Assembly: GCA_900769695.1 (NCBI GenBank)
Contig: CAAGHO010000018.1
Coordinates: forward strand, 52,790 to 116,789
Reading direction: 5' to 3'
Length of the DNA: 64,000 bases
Origin: Bacilli bacterium
GTDB taxonomy: Bacteria; Bacillota_I; Bacilli_A; RF39; UBA660
The notes beneath the pieces were generated by a model. The model saw only the letters and a program-made list of their open reading frames with translations, made no database searches and was not told the DNA's origin. The translations under genes were made by a program, and so were the position numbers. Of this stretch, positions 40,676 through 51,065 are shown in pieces (within the stretch, counting starts at the first letter, position 1; each line of letters opens with the position of its first letter).

Positions 40676-41881
40676 TCACTTTTCTTTAGTTTGTTTTTCA
40701 ACTAGTGATGCAGGAATTATAAAATTATTTCCAAATTTAGAATTTATATCATCTATTGTCTTTTGAATTGAAGAATCATCTTGTTCTTCTTCTAAATCAA
40801 ATAAGGATACTTGAGTTTTTCTATCATTACATAAATCTGATAAACGAACCCCTATAAGTCTAATCGGATCTTTCTTCCAATATTTTTCTAATAACTCAAT
40901 TATTGTTTGATAGATAATTTCTGTTTTATCTGTTGGATTTGATAACTTAGTTTGTCTAGAATAAGTTTCAAACTGATTGTTTTTAAAGACTATTGCTACT
41001 ACATTACAATACTTCTTCTTTTCTCTAAGTTCTCTGCTTATATTAGAAACCTGTCTTAAAAGAACTTTCTTGAGTTTTAAAATATCTTCTTCATCTTTTG
41101 GTAAAGTTTCAGTAACACTTATACTTTGATTTTTTGATGTTTGATGTTCAACTTTACTTTCATCAATACCATTGGCTGAATTTTTTAGAAATTCTGCTTG
41201 ATTCTTAAAATGGTATCTTAAAAAATCAATATCCTTAGCCGCTAGAGCACCAATCGTATTAATATTTAAATTTCTTAATTTCTTTGATGTTTGTCTCCCT
41301 ACCATGAATAGATTCTCTATAGGAAGAGGCCACATTTTTGTTTTAACCTCATCCTCAAAAAGGGTATGAACCTTATCTGGTTTTTCAAAGTCACTAGCCA
41401 TCTTAGCACATAACATGTTATTAGCAACACCAACATTAACTGTAAAACCAAATCTTTTCTTTACTTCATCCTTTATATAATAAGCTAGTTTTATATAATC
41501 CTTATATATATAGCTTGTTCCTGTAAAATCCATAAAAGCTTCATCCACTGAATATTTTAAAACATTAGGTGTAAATGTCTTTAGAAAATCGTGAAACTCC
41601 TTTGATTTTTGATAATACCAATTATAGTTTGGTGGAAATATTTTTAAATTTGGACATTTACTTCTAGCTGAATACAAAGTTTCTGCTGTTTCTATTCCAA
41701 ACTTTTTAGCAATAGGACTTTTAGCTAAAACAATACCACTTCTTTTTTTCTCATCTCCACCTATAACTGCTGGTATTTTTCTAATATCAACATTATATCC
41801 TTCTTTTAAAAGTAAGACTGCAGTCCAAGACAAAAAAGCGTTATTAACATCAACGTGAAATATTATCCTTTTTTTCTCCAT
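40676..41881 (-). CDS. Y-family DNA polymerase (DinB/UmuC-like translesion polymerase)
   Basis: MEKKRIIFHVDVNNAFLS..; SVDEAFMDFTG (catalytic D-E); little-finger domain at the C-terminus. ATG at 41881 preferred over the TTG at 41893. Confidence 0.8.
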   Translation of the reverse strand: MEKKRIIFHVDVNNAFLSWTAVLLLKEGYNVDIRKIPAVIGGDEKKRSGIVLAKSPIAKKFGIETAETLYSARSKCPNLKIFPPNYNWYYQKSKEFHDFLKTFTPNVLKYSVDEAFMDFTGTSYIYKDYIKLAYYIKDEVKKRFGFTVNVGVANNMLCAKMASDFEKPDKVHTLFEDEVKTKMWPLPIENLFMVGRQTSKKLRNLNINTIGALAAKDIDFLRYHFKNQAEFLKNSANGIDESKVEHQTSKNQSISVTETLPKDEEDILKLKKVLLRQVSNISRELREKKKYCNVVAIVFKNNQFETYSRQTKLSNPTDKTEIIYQTIIELLEKYWKKDPIRLIGVRLSDLCNDRKTQVSLFDLEEEQDDSSIQKTIDDINSKFGNNFIIPASLVEKQTKEK

Positions 41882-41992
41882 GCTACCACCCAAATTAATT
41901 ATAGAACAAAGTTTCTATATTTACAATCGAACAAACAAAAAAATACACTAAAAACTAATTAAAGATATTATATTTATTAGTTTTTAATGTAA

Positions 41993-43270
41993 TTATATTT
42001 TACTATCATTTAAACAGAAGATTGCATATATAGGTAAATATCTAATATCTTTCTTTGTGGAAAAATTATTTTCCGTTATACGATATCCTTCTTTGACTGT
42101 GAATTTTTTCATTAGAACAGATAATGACTTAGCCTTTGACATTAACTTAGTAGTAATTTCTAAAGGAATAATCTCACCCATACGGTTTTGAATTACAAAG
42201 TTAACCTCTGCTTTTCCCTGAGATTGATAATAATATAGAGAATATCCTGATTCTACTAAGGTCTTTGCAATATGATTTTCATATAAGGTCTCCCTGATAT
42301 TTTCGTCAGTTTCAAATTCTTTTTTAGTAACATTTAACATTGAATAAAGAAGTCCATCATCTAACATATATAATTTAAAACTTTCCTCTTCTCTACAACT
42401 ACTAAGTGGAGATTTAATATTTCTAATCTTATAACTTCTTGCAACTATCTGATTATTAACCAAATAATTAATTGATGATTCATACTCTTTAGCACGACGT
42501 CCATAACCAATTAAACCATATTGAAATTTTTTATTTTCTTTACGTAATTGAAAAGAAACTGATGATAATACCTCTATTCCTCTTGGAATATCAATTAAAT
42601 TACTGCTTAAAGCAATTTCTTTTATATAAGCATCTAAAGTTTTTTGTTTTAAAGCTTTTATTTGACTATCACTATATCCATCTAAATAAGCTTTAACAAT
42701 TTCTGGAAGTCCACCAATTCTCAAGTAATCATAAAATAAATCTAGTGCTACCTGATGGAAGGCACAAGTTCTTCTTTTTATAAAAGATTCTCTGATAATA
42801 TCTGCTAACTGTTTTTCACCACGTGCCCACAAAAATTCTTCAAAATCCATTTCATACATAGATTTGAATTGTAACTCAACACCTTTAAATTCATTTAAGT
42901 TTTCTCTTCTAGAAGTTATAGCAATTATATGATAAGGATTATTACCTCCACCAAATAACTTTATTCCTTTAACTATATCAATACTATTAAGATTATCAAA
43001 TACTATTAGGGTATCATTAGGTAGAATTGTTTCACCAGATAAAATGGATAAATTGACTATTATTTTATCAGGTGACTTTTCTTGTTTAAAAATATCAAGT
43101 AGTCTTTTATTATTATCAGCGTTAAAGTAAACAACATTCTTATACTCATTTTTTCCAAATTCTAAAACTGTAAAAGTTTTTCCTATTTGTCTAGGTCCAT
43201 ATACAACTAATGGTTTTCTAATTAGATCTTTTTTCCATTTTGTAAAAAATAAAGATATTTTTCGTTCCAT
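41993..43270 (-). CDS. AAA-family ATPase with C-terminal DUF4143 domain (COG1373-like)
   Basis: VVYGPRQIGKTFTV Walker A; C-terminus ENHIAKTLVESGYSLYYYQSQGKAEVNFVIQNR..IPLEI typical of DUF4143. Confidence 0.7.
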   Translation of the reverse strand: MERKISLFFTKWKKDLIRKPLVVYGPRQIGKTFTVLEFGKNEYKNVVYFNADNNKRLLDIFKQEKSPDKIIVNLSILSGETILPNDTLIVFDNLNSIDIVKGIKLFGGGNNPYHIIAITSRRENLNEFKGVELQFKSMYEMDFEEFLWARGEKQLADIIRESFIKRRTCAFHQVALDLFYDYLRIGGLPEIVKAYLDGYSDSQIKALKQKTLDAYIKEIALSSNLIDIPRGIEVLSSVSFQLRKENKKFQYGLIGYGRRAKEYESSINYLVNNQIVARSYKIRNIKSPLSSCREEESFKLYMLDDGLLYSMLNVTKKEFETDENIRETLYENHIAKTLVESGYSLYYYQSQGKAEVNFVIQNRMGEIIPLEITTKLMSKAKSLSVLMKKFTVKEGYRITENNFSTKKDIRYLPIYAIFCLNDSKI

Positions 43271-43379
43271 AAAGTGTCATCTCCCTACATATTTTCTAAA
43301 ATAAGTATATTATTTTTTTATATTTTAGTCAATAAAAGTCTTAAAAATTTGCAAAATAAAAAGACTAATACTGCTCGTC

Positions 43380-44156
43380 TTACTTTACTGCTGAGGCTTC
43401 ATTAAATTCTAATCGTAATTTATCTGCAATTGTTACAATAAATTCTGAATTAGTTGGTTTTGCTTTATCAATATCAACGCTATGCCCAAATATTTCTTCC
43501 ATTAATTGCCAATTGCCTCTATTCCAACTAACTTCTATGGCATGACGTATTGCTCTTTCAACCCTAGATACTGTTGTTGAATACTTTTCGGCTACTTCTG
43601 GATATAACTCCTTGGTAATTCCTCCAATTACATCTGGTCTTTCATAAAGCATCATTATTCCATCTCTTATATATTGATAACCTTTTATATGAGATGGCAT
43701 TCCTAACTCATGTAAAATTTTAGTCGTTGATTTTTCTAAATTATTTCGATATAAATCAATACTCTTAGATTTGTAATTGTTATTATCAGTTATTTCTAGA
43801 ACTCTTTTCTCTAAATCTGATAATTCAAATGGTTTTAAAATATAATAATTTACCCCTAATTCAGATACTCTTCTTATTATATCTGGTGTATTATATGAAG
43901 TTAAAACAATTGTCTTTCTTTCAATATTTTTCTTTTTCATATATTCAAGAACTGATATTCCATCTTTGTTTGGCATTATCAAATCAAGTACCATAACATC
44001 AAATTTATCAGATTGTTTCTCTATTATATTTAACCCTTCAACTCCGTCATGTGCCTCCATTGCAACCTCAATGCTTGCGTGTTTACTAAAATACTCCTTT
44101 ATCATACTGATTAATTCTTTATTATCATCAATCACTAATAATCTTGTTTTTTCCAT
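43380..44156 (-). CDS. spo0A: Sporulation master regulator Spo0A (receiver domain plus Spo0A_C DNA-binding domain)
   Basis: [12 protein letters not shown]...[12 protein letters not shown] receiver; C-terminus [35 protein letters not shown] is the Spo0A_C signature. Start set at the ATG at 44156 with agggaaggagaaata RBS. Confidence 0.85.
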   Translation of the reverse strand: MEKTRLLVIDDNKELISMIKEYFSKHASIEVAMEAHDGVEGLNIIEKQSDKFDVMVLDLIMPNKDGISVLEYMKKKNIERKTIVLTSYNTPDIIRRVSELGVNYYILKPFELSDLEKRVLEITDNNNYKSKSIDLYRNNLEKSTTKILHELGMPSHIKGYQYIRDGIMMLYERPDVIGGITKELYPEVAEKYSTTVSRVERAIRHAIEVSWNRGNWQLMEEIFGHSVDIDKAKPTNSEFIVTIADKLRLEFNEASAVK

Positions 44157-44268
44157 TATTTCTCCTTCCCTATACTGCACGCAACTATATTATATACCAA
44201 TATAAAAATTTTTTAAAGCGCAAAAAAAGACAAGTTTTGTCGAAAAAGAAAAAGTAAACCACTTAGAT

Positions 44269-45639
44269 TTACTTTTCACTAATTCTAACTTTAACTTTCT
44301 TTGTCTTAGATGTATATGAAAGTTTCAAATCTTCACCCTTAACCTTAACTTCTACTTCATGCTCACCAACACCATAACCTTTAAGATCAATGTAAGCAGT
44401 GATAGAATTTGCATCAACTTTATTAACAACATCTTGACTACCTTTAACTATAACAACTACTTTACTATCAGCTTCTGATAGAGCTTGTACTTTATATTTG
44501 CTATCTAGATTTTCAGTTGCAATAGAAATATTTGGAATTTCCTTGCTTGTTGAAGAATCAACATTTACAGTAACAGTTAATGTCTTAGAACTTATAGCTG
44601 TAATACCACTAGGTTTCTTTAATGTTACCTTGTATGTTTTATTACTTGCAAGTCCATCAACGTCTATTTCTACTGGTAAATATTCAATATCATTAATAGC
44701 TTCTTCACTACCATAAACAACTACTTTTTCAACACTTAAGTCAGTTGATTGAATTGATTTACCTGTTGCTAAATCTCCCTTTGGAACTATCTTAATAGGA
44801 ACTTCTTTACTTGGAGATGTTATTGTTACTTTAGCAGTAACCTTTTTAGGAACTATTTCAACATCTACTACTTTACCATCAGTATCGTATGCTACTAAAT
44901 CAACATCTTTTAAAGTAACATCTCCTGCTTTTGGATTAGTAATTTCATCAACATCTACTAATGCCTTAACAGTAGCAACTTTTTTAAGTTTATATTCAGC
45001 ACCCTTAATAATTACATTATCACGATCAAGTTCAACATTTTTAATAGATAATTTTGTATCTAAGTCATCTTTATGTAAAACATCATAAGTAAGACTCTTA
45101 GTAGCAGATACTTTTGGATAAATTGTAACTGTCACAGTTGAAGGATCTAGTTTATAATCTAGAGACTTTAATTTTTGAGAATACTTAAGTGTTACTTTAT
45201 GATTTCCTTCACCAAGACCAGTTAAATCTACTGAAACTCCTTTAGAAGGAGATTGTTTAGCTAGGAAAATATGTCTTTTTTCACCAACTAATGTAATATC
45301 AACTGATTTTGGTAATCCTTCTACAACATATAATTCTTCATTATAAACTGCAGTTACTGGTTGATTATATAAAATTTCAGCATATTGATCAGCCATAACA
45401 CTTGACTCTTGATCTATTAAAACAAATACTGCAAAAGCAAGAAGTAAACTAATAACTATCAAAGTTGATTTTTTACTCATAAATCTATCAAAACTTTTAC
45501 TATTGTTTTTAAATAAATCTGTTATCTTTAAAATAAATTTTGTAATAGGAGTAATTAGCCATTTGTCAAAGAATGATCCAATATGATGCAAAAGTCTTGC
45601 AATAAAATTAATTATTTTCTTCATATATCTCTTCCTCAT
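44269..45639 (-). CDS. cdaR: YbbR-like domain protein CdaR (regulator of diadenylate cyclase CdaA)
   Basis: N-terminal TM followed by repeated YbbR-like beta-rich modules; start overlaps the cdaA stop (45608-45639). Confidence 0.7.
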   Translation of the reverse strand: MRKRYMKKIINFIARLLHHIGSFFDKWLITPITKFILKITDLFKNNSKSFDRFMSKKSTLIVISLLLAFAVFVLIDQESSVMADQYAEILYNQPVTAVYNEELYVVEGLPKSVDITLVGEKRHIFLAKQSPSKGVSVDLTGLGEGNHKVTLKYSQKLKSLDYKLDPSTVTVTIYPKVSATKSLTYDVLHKDDLDTKLSIKNVELDRDNVIIKGAEYKLKKVATVKALVDVDEITNPKAGDVTLKDVDLVAYDTDGKVVDVEIVPKKVTAKVTITSPSKEVPIKIVPKGDLATGKSIQSTDLSVEKVVVYGSEEAINDIEYLPVEIDVDGLASNKTYKVTLKKPSGITAISSKTLTVTVNVDSSTSKEIPNISIATENLDSKYKVQALSEADSKVVVIVKGSQDVVNKVDANSITAYIDLKGYGVGEHEVEVKVKGEDLKLSYTSKTKKVKVRISEK

Positions 45640-46441
45640 CTATTTCATCTTCATCTAAATTCATATCTTGCTTTGGTCTCAACTCATCAATTAACATAAT
45701 ACGAATATCATCTAAAGATAAATTGTAATATAATTCACCTTTAACAGCAACAGACATTCTACCAGTTTCTTCTGAAACAATTAGTGAAATACAATCTGTT
45801 TCTTCACTGATACCTAAAGCTGCTCTATGTCTAGTACCAAGTCTCCTATTAATCTTAGTACTATTGCTTGTAGGGAATACTGCACCAGCACAACTTATTC
45901 TGTCTCCTTGAATAATAACTCCACCATCATGTAATGGATTACCTTCATAGAATATTGCTATTAAAAGATCACTTGTTAAATCTGCATATATTTTCTTTGC
46001 TTTATCTATATAATTTCCTAAACTGATGTCTCGTTCAAGAACAATCAAGGCTCCAATTCGTTCTTTTCTTAAATAATCCATAGCTTGAACTATTTCATAA
46101 ACTAAGTGTTCTCTTTCATCAACTGTTAAAACTTTATGTCTTCCTAACAATTGACTTCTTCCAAGTTGTTCCAAAATATTTCTGATTTCTGGTTGAAAAA
46201 CAATCATTAAAGCAACAGGTCCCCACTGAATAATATATTCAAGTAAAACCCTAACAGTTGTTAATCCTAATCCTTGACTAACAAACATCAAAATAATGAT
46301 TATTACTACTCCTTTGAATAACATACTTAATTTTACATTATTCTTAATATTCTTTAAAATGAAATAAAATATTAACCAAACAAGTGATACATCAATTAGC
46401 TTTCTTGCTATATTAATTATATCTGTAATTGTTATTGTCAT
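45608..46441 (-). CDS. cdaA: Diadenylate cyclase CdaA (DAC domain, membrane-anchored)
   Basis: 3 N-terminal TM; DAC motifs LHDGGVII..DRI..AGAVFP, RHRAALGISEETD, SEETG. Confidence 0.85.
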   Translation of the reverse strand: MTITITDIINIARKLIDVSLVWLIFYFILKNIKNNVKLSMLFKGVVIIIILMFVSQGLGLTTVRVLLEYIIQWGPVALMIVFQPEIRNILEQLGRSQLLGRHKVLTVDEREHLVYEIVQAMDYLRKERIGALIVLERDISLGNYIDKAKKIYADLTSDLLIAIFYEGNPLHDGGVIIQGDRISCAGAVFPTSNSTKINRRLGTRHRAALGISEETDCISLIVSEETGRMSVAVKGELYYNLSLDDIRIMLIDELRPKQDMNLDEDEIDEEEIYEENN

Positions 46442-46506
46442 TACATCGTCTCCTTTATATTCATATTTATTTAGTATACAAAATTTTATCTAATTAGTAA
46501 AGTTAT

Positions 46507-47052
46507 CTACTGATTGTTATTTATATGTTCTGTTTGTGTAATTGTTGGTGGTATTACTCCAGTATTAATAGTATTAGGTATGTTATTACCAGGTATTGGA
46601 ATATTATTAATTGCTGAAGTTGGCATTGTATTCGAAATACCACCTATAGTTGTAGGTTGACCTATTCCATGACTCACTCCCATTTCTGGAACTGTAGAGT
46701 TAACATTCATAGGTTGTTGATTAATATTTGAATTAATTTCCAAATTTTGAGTTGGAATAGTAGTAGCCTTAACACCTACTGCCTGACTAGGAACAGTTTG
46801 ATTTATTGCTTGAGGCTGATTAACAGGAGTAGAAATATCAGATATAGGCGCTGATACCTGACTCTGTTCTGATTGGTTAGAAGATAAATTGGCATGAGAT
46901 TCTTCATATTCTTTCTTTGCTTTTTTCTTGTTTAAACTAACCTCAGCCATATATCCTATACATGAACAAATTAATATTCCTGATATAATTGCTACTATTA
47001 TATATAAAGGACCATCAAGTATGTCCCTAAAAAACGTAATAATAAAATCCAT
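46507..47052 (-). CDS. Membrane-anchored low-complexity (Q/N/P/T-rich) protein of unknown function
   Basis: Single N-terminal TM (IIVAIISGILICSCIGYMA) followed by a compositionally biased tail. Confidence 0.45.
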   Translation of the reverse strand: MDFIITFFRDILDGPLYIIVAIISGILICSCIGYMAEVSLNKKKAKKEYEESHANLSSNQSEQSQVSAPISDISTPVNQPQAINQTVPSQAVGVKATTIPTQNLEINSNINQQPMNVNSTVPEMGVSHGIGQPTTIGGISNTMPTSAINNIPIPGNNIPNTINTGVIPPTITQTEHINNNQ

Positions 47053-47128
47053 CTATCCACCTTCTATTCTTACAATAATATAATAACATTATCGTAGAAT
47101 TTTTTAAAGTCTAAATTGTTAAACACTT

Positions 47129-47662
47129 CTAAATATTAATATTTTCTTTTATCTTAAACGTAATATCTTCTATATATTTATCAAGTTCTTTTTTCTTATA
47201 TATCCAAATATATGATGGATGATAAATAGTTATAATTTTAGAATTAATTAATATATTATTATTTTTTAAATATTTTTCTACATAAGAAGAAACCTTATTA
47301 CCTAATAAAAATATAACTTTAGGTTTAAAATAAGATATTTCATAAAGTAAATTATTTATACACATATCAATTTCTTTCTTAGTTGGATATCTTAATTTTT
47401 TATTATTGTCTAAGGGTAAACACTTAACTAAGTTAGTTTTATAAAAACTAATATCATCAAAATTATTTTCAATTTTTTCTATAATCCTCCCACTATTAGT
47501 ATTATTTTCTAGTGGTATATTTTTATCTATGTCATTAACTTCTTTAGCACTCAAACCTACCCACATAACATCTATATCTTTAATATTATCAAGTAATGGT
47601 AATTGGTTTTTATACAAAGAACATCTTCTACAATCTTTAATTTTACTAATATCTTTCATCAT
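47129..47662 (-). CDS. Uracil-DNA glycosylase superfamily protein (family-4-like with degenerate motif A)
   Basis: N-terminal CRRC (Fe-S-like), TNLVKCLP...RYPTKKEIDMC (family 4: TN.vkCRPp.NR.P...Ei..C) and HPSYI (HPS motif), but GE[AG]PG is replaced by VGLSAKE. Confidence 0.45.
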   Translation of the reverse strand: MMKDISKIKDCRRCSLYKNQLPLLDNIKDIDVMWVGLSAKEVNDIDKNIPLENNTNSGRIIEKIENNFDDISFYKTNLVKCLPLDNNKKLRYPTKKEIDMCINNLLYEISYFKPKVIFLLGNKVSSYVEKYLKNNNILINSKIITIYHPSYIWIYKKKELDKYIEDITFKIKENINI

Positions 47663-47875
47663 AGAAATATTATAACATATGCAATAAAAAAAGCCTAGGT
47701 AAACAACTAGACTAATATTATTATTTATCTGGATTTTCCACTTTTATTTTCATTATTATCGCATATATTTTGCCCATTTTTTTTGCTTTCTTCGAAAACT
47801 CTAAAAGCTTGTGTAAAGTTTTTTCCTTCCTCAGTAGGTTGAAAATATGTGGATTTCTTTGCATATCCAAATAAG

Positions 47876-48139
47876 TTATTTAATTTTTCTCTCCCATATT
47901 TTTCTAACTGCATTTAATGACAAATTAGATAAAGCAAATCCTATTACAGGAACAAGAGAACTTAAAAATATATTATTTATTTTATCAGTTGAAAAGGAAT
48001 ATAAAACAACTACAATATATGTCAGTAACATAATACAAATTCTTCTTGTTAAACTTGTTTCCCATGCCTTATTTAATTCAACTTTCTTATTTCTTTCTTT
48101 AATTTTCTTAATTTCTTTTTCTATATTCACAACTATCAC
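47876..48139 (-). CDS. Small 2-TM membrane protein (87 aa), hypothetical
   Basis: ORF with two hydrophobic helices; an overlapping 62-aa and a + strand 99-aa ORF are likely spurious. Confidence 0.3.
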   Translation of the reverse strand: MIVVNIEKEIKKIKERNKKVELNKAWETSLTRRICIMLLTYIVVVLYSFSTDKINNIFLSSLVPVIGFALSNLSLNAVRKIWERKIK

Positions 48140-48149
48140 CTTCTAATAA

Positions 48150-48602
48150 TTATATAGATTTACCCTTTGTTCCACGATTCCAAGAATCATTAATTATTTT
48201 ATTTTTGCTTATTTTTTTTGTTTCAATAATAGTATCTTCATCAACCACATCTATGTTGTGCTTATCTCCAATTAAACACACATTTAAGTCTTGCTTCTTT
48301 CCACAAACGCTTAATGAACCACAAACCAAAGTATAAAATTCAATATCATTTGTATGACGATGTTCTTTTATTCCACTTCCCTTTGGAATAAATAGAAAAC
48401 CATTCTCAATACCATTCTTTTCTAAACTATCACCTCTTGATATTTTGTAGACTTTACCAATCGCGATTGTTTCTGGTAAAACTGTAAACTCTCCAACTTT
48501 AACTTTATCTCTTACATATTCTACTTTATCTTTCATAAATATACTCCTTTTTATATAAATAATATTGTGTTTTTTAATCACTTTTAATTTAAAACTCAAC
48601 AT
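48150..48602 (-). CDS. Cupin-domain protein
   Basis: GIKEHRHTNDIEFYTLVCGSLSV fits the cupin motif G(X)5HXH(X)3-4E(X)6G. Confidence 0.5.
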   Translation of the reverse strand: MLSFKLKVIKKHNIIYIKRSIFMKDKVEYVRDKVKVGEFTVLPETIAIGKVYKISRGDSLEKNGIENGFLFIPKGSGIKEHRHTNDIEFYTLVCGSLSVCGKKQDLNVCLIGDKHNIDVVDEDTIIETKKISKNKIINDSWNRGTKGKSI

Positions 48603-48717
48603 TCTTCAAGATAGCATCCAATTTTTCTTTCCTAAAATGTAAAAAACAAACTTTCTTTGAAATTAATTTGATACCATATATATTTAAATCCAACAATAGT
48701 TAGGATAAATTATTTGA

Positions 48718-48793
48718 TGGTGCCGACTAAAGGACTTGAACCTTCGACCTACTCATTACGAATGAGTTGCTCTACCAACTGAGCTAAGTCGGC
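48718..48793 (-). tRNA. tRNA-Thr (anticodon CGU)
   Basis: Reverse complement GCCGACTTAGCTCAGTTGGTAGAGCAACTCATTCGTAATGAGTAGGTCGAAGGTTCAAGTCCTTTAGTCGGCACCA folds as a cloverleaf: 7-bp acceptor, D-arm GCTC/GAGC, anticodon loop TTCGTAA, T-loop TTCAAGT, encoded CCA. Confidence 0.9.
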
Positions 48794-48841
48794 ATCTATA
48801 ACTAAATTATAGCAAAAAAAAAGAACTTTGTTAAATTCTTT

Positions 48842-49042
48842 TTACTCAAAATCTAAATGTTTAAATAAAATCACAATATTAATCAATCCACAAATACCAA
48901 CAATTATATAAATTAATTTAGTTAAAAAACTTCCTTCTTGAAATAACATTGTAACTAAATTAAAATCAAATAGACCAACTAATCCCCAGTTAAGCGCACC
49001 AATAATTGTAAATACTAATGCTATTTTCTCTATTGTTTCCAT
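48842..49042 (-). CDS. DUF378-family small membrane protein
   Basis: IALVFTIIGALNWGLVGLFDFNLV...YIIVGICGL two-helix pattern typical of DUF378. Confidence 0.55.
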   Translation of the reverse strand: METIEKIALVFTIIGALNWGLVGLFDFNLVTMLFQEGSFLTKLIYIIVGICGLINIVILFKHLDFE

Positions 49043-49097
49043 AGCTTCTCCTTTCTTTTTTACTATTATTATTCCTAAATTATTTGCTTTTATACAT

Positions 49098-49412
49098 TTA
49101 ACTATTTAAATCATTGTATTCTTGATTTAACATCTCATATTTTTGATTTATTTTATTAGTATCAACTTCTTCTAGACAGTACCATCCTTTTCTAAACATA
49201 AGTTCATAAACTTCTCTTTGTAATGAACCTATAACATCAAATACTTGTTTATGCTTATTATATAACTCCTCACAACTAGCTTCTTCCATTGCTATTACAT
49301 AATTTTTTTCCATATCTTTTAAAGTACTTAATAAAGAATTAATATAATCTTTATCATTCATATCAATACCTTTTGGCACTTCAACCTTTTTGTTACAAAC
49401 CTTATTATTCAT
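49098..49412 (-). CDS. Spore coat protein, Coat-F domain (CotF/YraF-like)
   Basis: DKDYINSLLSTLKDMEKNYVIAMEEASCEELY...REVYELMFRKGWY matches the Coat_F pattern K....Y..a..Ea.n..l........e..q..lf.ym.qKGWY. Confidence 0.55.
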   Translation of the reverse strand: MNNKVCNKKVEVPKGIDMNDKDYINSLLSTLKDMEKNYVIAMEEASCEELYNKHKQVFDVIGSLQREVYELMFRKGWYCLEEVDTNKINQKYEMLNQEYNDLNS

Positions 49413-49635
49413 TTGAACCTCCTTCTTTCAAAATATTTAAAACTTCGTTTAAATTATTTTGAAAAACATTATATGCTTTTTGCATAACACTTTTAATTTC
49501 TTCGCAACTAACACTATTAATACTTGCATTTGCCATTTTAATAGCTCCATAATTCCAAGCAAACATATCACTTAAATAATCTAAATCTTTTGAAGATATA
49601 ATATTAGGTACAACATTATAATTTTGTTCTTCCAT
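49405..49635 (-). CDS. Small helical protein paired with the Coat-F gene (possible spore-coat partner)
   Basis: Overlaps the downstream Coat-F ORF by 8 nt; 76 aa. Confidence 0.3.
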   Translation of the reverse strand: MEEQNYNVVPNIISSKDLDYLSDMFAWNYGAIKMANASINSVSCEEIKSVMQKAYNVFQNNLNEVLNILKEGGSNE

Positions 49636-49715
49636 AAAATTCTCCTTTCATAATTATTATGGAAAAATAAAATTTTTTATATACAAAAAATAAGTAAAAA
49701 TTAAATCTTACTTAT

Positions 49716-51065
49716 TTATTTTTTAGAATATTCTACAATATTATACCAAGTAACAGGTTCAATAACTCCAGTTATAGGTTCATTATACAAAGATTGAATC
49801 TTCATAACTGATCTTTCCATTAAATCATCAAAAATACCACTTACTCTAACCCCTGGAATATTTCTAAATTTTTGACAAATCTTTAGTAGGAATCTTTGAA
49901 TTATTCTAACATCATCACCTTCCATACCAAGAGCTAAAATTCTTCCTTGAAAAAGTTCATCTTCGTACTGTGCATATTCCTTAGGAATATTTCTAATTGT
50001 ATTTTCATAAACTTCTATTATTTTATTCCATGTAGTTGCATCTACCTCTCCATTAGCAGGAAGTCCATATTTATTTTGAAAATTTATTACCATAGTTTTA
50101 GTATTATCATTGAAAACACTATTTACTCTTAATAAAGGTAAATCATTATCAAAATAAGAAATAGCCTGTAAAACATAGTTAAGAACTTGAACACCTATAC
50201 CGACATCCGAATGGCTTAGTTTATTACCATATTCAAAAATAGCTTCATCCTCTTCTATTCCTTCAGAATAAATGTCATTTACTCTTTTAACAGCATTATA
50301 AATATATTTTATTTTATACCAAGTAGCATAATCTACTATTCCCGTTACATCCAAGTTGAATATTTCTTGAAATTTTTTGACACTATCTTCTGTATAAGTT
50401 CCAAATACACTATTTATCTTAGGAATTTTTGGAATAGCCGGATAATTATTAGCTATTCTATTTAACTCTCTTTGAATAACTCTTACCTTATCTCCAGCAT
50501 TACCTATTTTTATTGGATATCCTGGATAGACGCCAATTAATTCTCCTGTTGGAGCGTTTTCTACTATATTTACATCATTACCATAATAATGTCTTAATAT
50601 CTCTAATGGAGTTTTATTTTGTTTAGCAAGATCTACACTACCCCATTGAGAAAGACCATCACATGTAGTTTTCTTGCCATCACAGTAAACAGCATTTAAA
50701 GGTTGAATTTGGCCTTGTCTATAAATATAGTGATTAAAGATTTCATCAACTTTTCTAGAAATTTTATCAAATACTTGTTTGTCTTCTACAAAAGTTTGGT
50801 CATAAGCAGGTAGTGATGTAATATCAAATGTATATCCTCTACTTGGGTACCATTCATTATAAATACGATTCAAAGCAAATGATATTTGCGCTAAAATATT
50901 TGCTTCTATGGCACTATCTGGCCATGTTGGATATATCTCATTAGATGCCACATTTTTTATATAATCAATAAAAGGCAAACTTACATTTTTACTAGCTTCA
51001 TTTGGAGCTCCCAAATGCACTACTATTTCTGTAGGAATAGATGGATAATTTATAACATTAGCCAT
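49716..51065 (-). CDS. SpoIID/LytB-domain protein with two C-terminal peptidoglycan-binding (PG_binding_1) repeats
   Basis: FIDYIKNVASNEIYPTWPDSAIEANILAQISFALNRIY and CDGLSQWGSVDLAKQNKTPLEILRHYYG (SpoIID motifs). It also has two GDKVRVIQRELNRI / GDDVRIIQRFLLKI-type PG-binding repeats. Confidence 0.6.
   Translation of the reverse strand: MANVINYPSIPTEIVVHLGAPNEASKNVSLPFIDYIKNVASNEIYPTWPDSAIEANILAQISFALNRIYNEWYPSRGYTFDITSLPAYDQTFVEDKQVFDKISRKVDEIFNHYIYRQGQIQPLNAVYCDGKKTTCDGLSQWGSVDLAKQNKTPLEILRHYYGNDVNIVENAPTGELIGVYPGYPIKIGNAGDKVRVIQRELNRIANNYPAIPKIPKINSVFGTYTEDSVKKFQEIFNLDVTGIVDYATWYKIKYIYNAVKRVNDIYSEGIEEDEAIFEYGNKLSHSDVGIGVQVLNYVLQAISYFDNDLPLLRVNSVFNDNTKTMVINFQNKYGLPANGEVDATTWNKIIEVYENTIRNIPKEYAQYEDELFQGRILALGMEGDDVRIIQRFLLKICQKFRNIPGVRVSGIFDDLMERSVMKIQSLYNEPITGVIEPVTWYNIVEYSKK

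Noticed and set aside
44157-44180. N-terminal 8-codon extension of spo0A (MQYREGEI)
   Set aside because: Overlaps the GGAGG RBS; the receiver domain begins at [11 protein letters not shown].
43966-44205. 79-aa + strand ORF
   Set aside because: Antisense to spo0A.
44498-44716. 72-aa + strand ORF
   Set aside because: Antisense to cdaR.
47725-48146. Overlapping 62-aa (-) and 99-aa (+) ORFs
   Set aside because: Mutually overlapping with the 87-aa minus ORF; at most one is real, so only the 87-aa membrane ORF is kept, at low confidence.
49947-50132. 61-aa + strand ORF
   Set aside because: Antisense inside the SpoIID/PG-binding gene.
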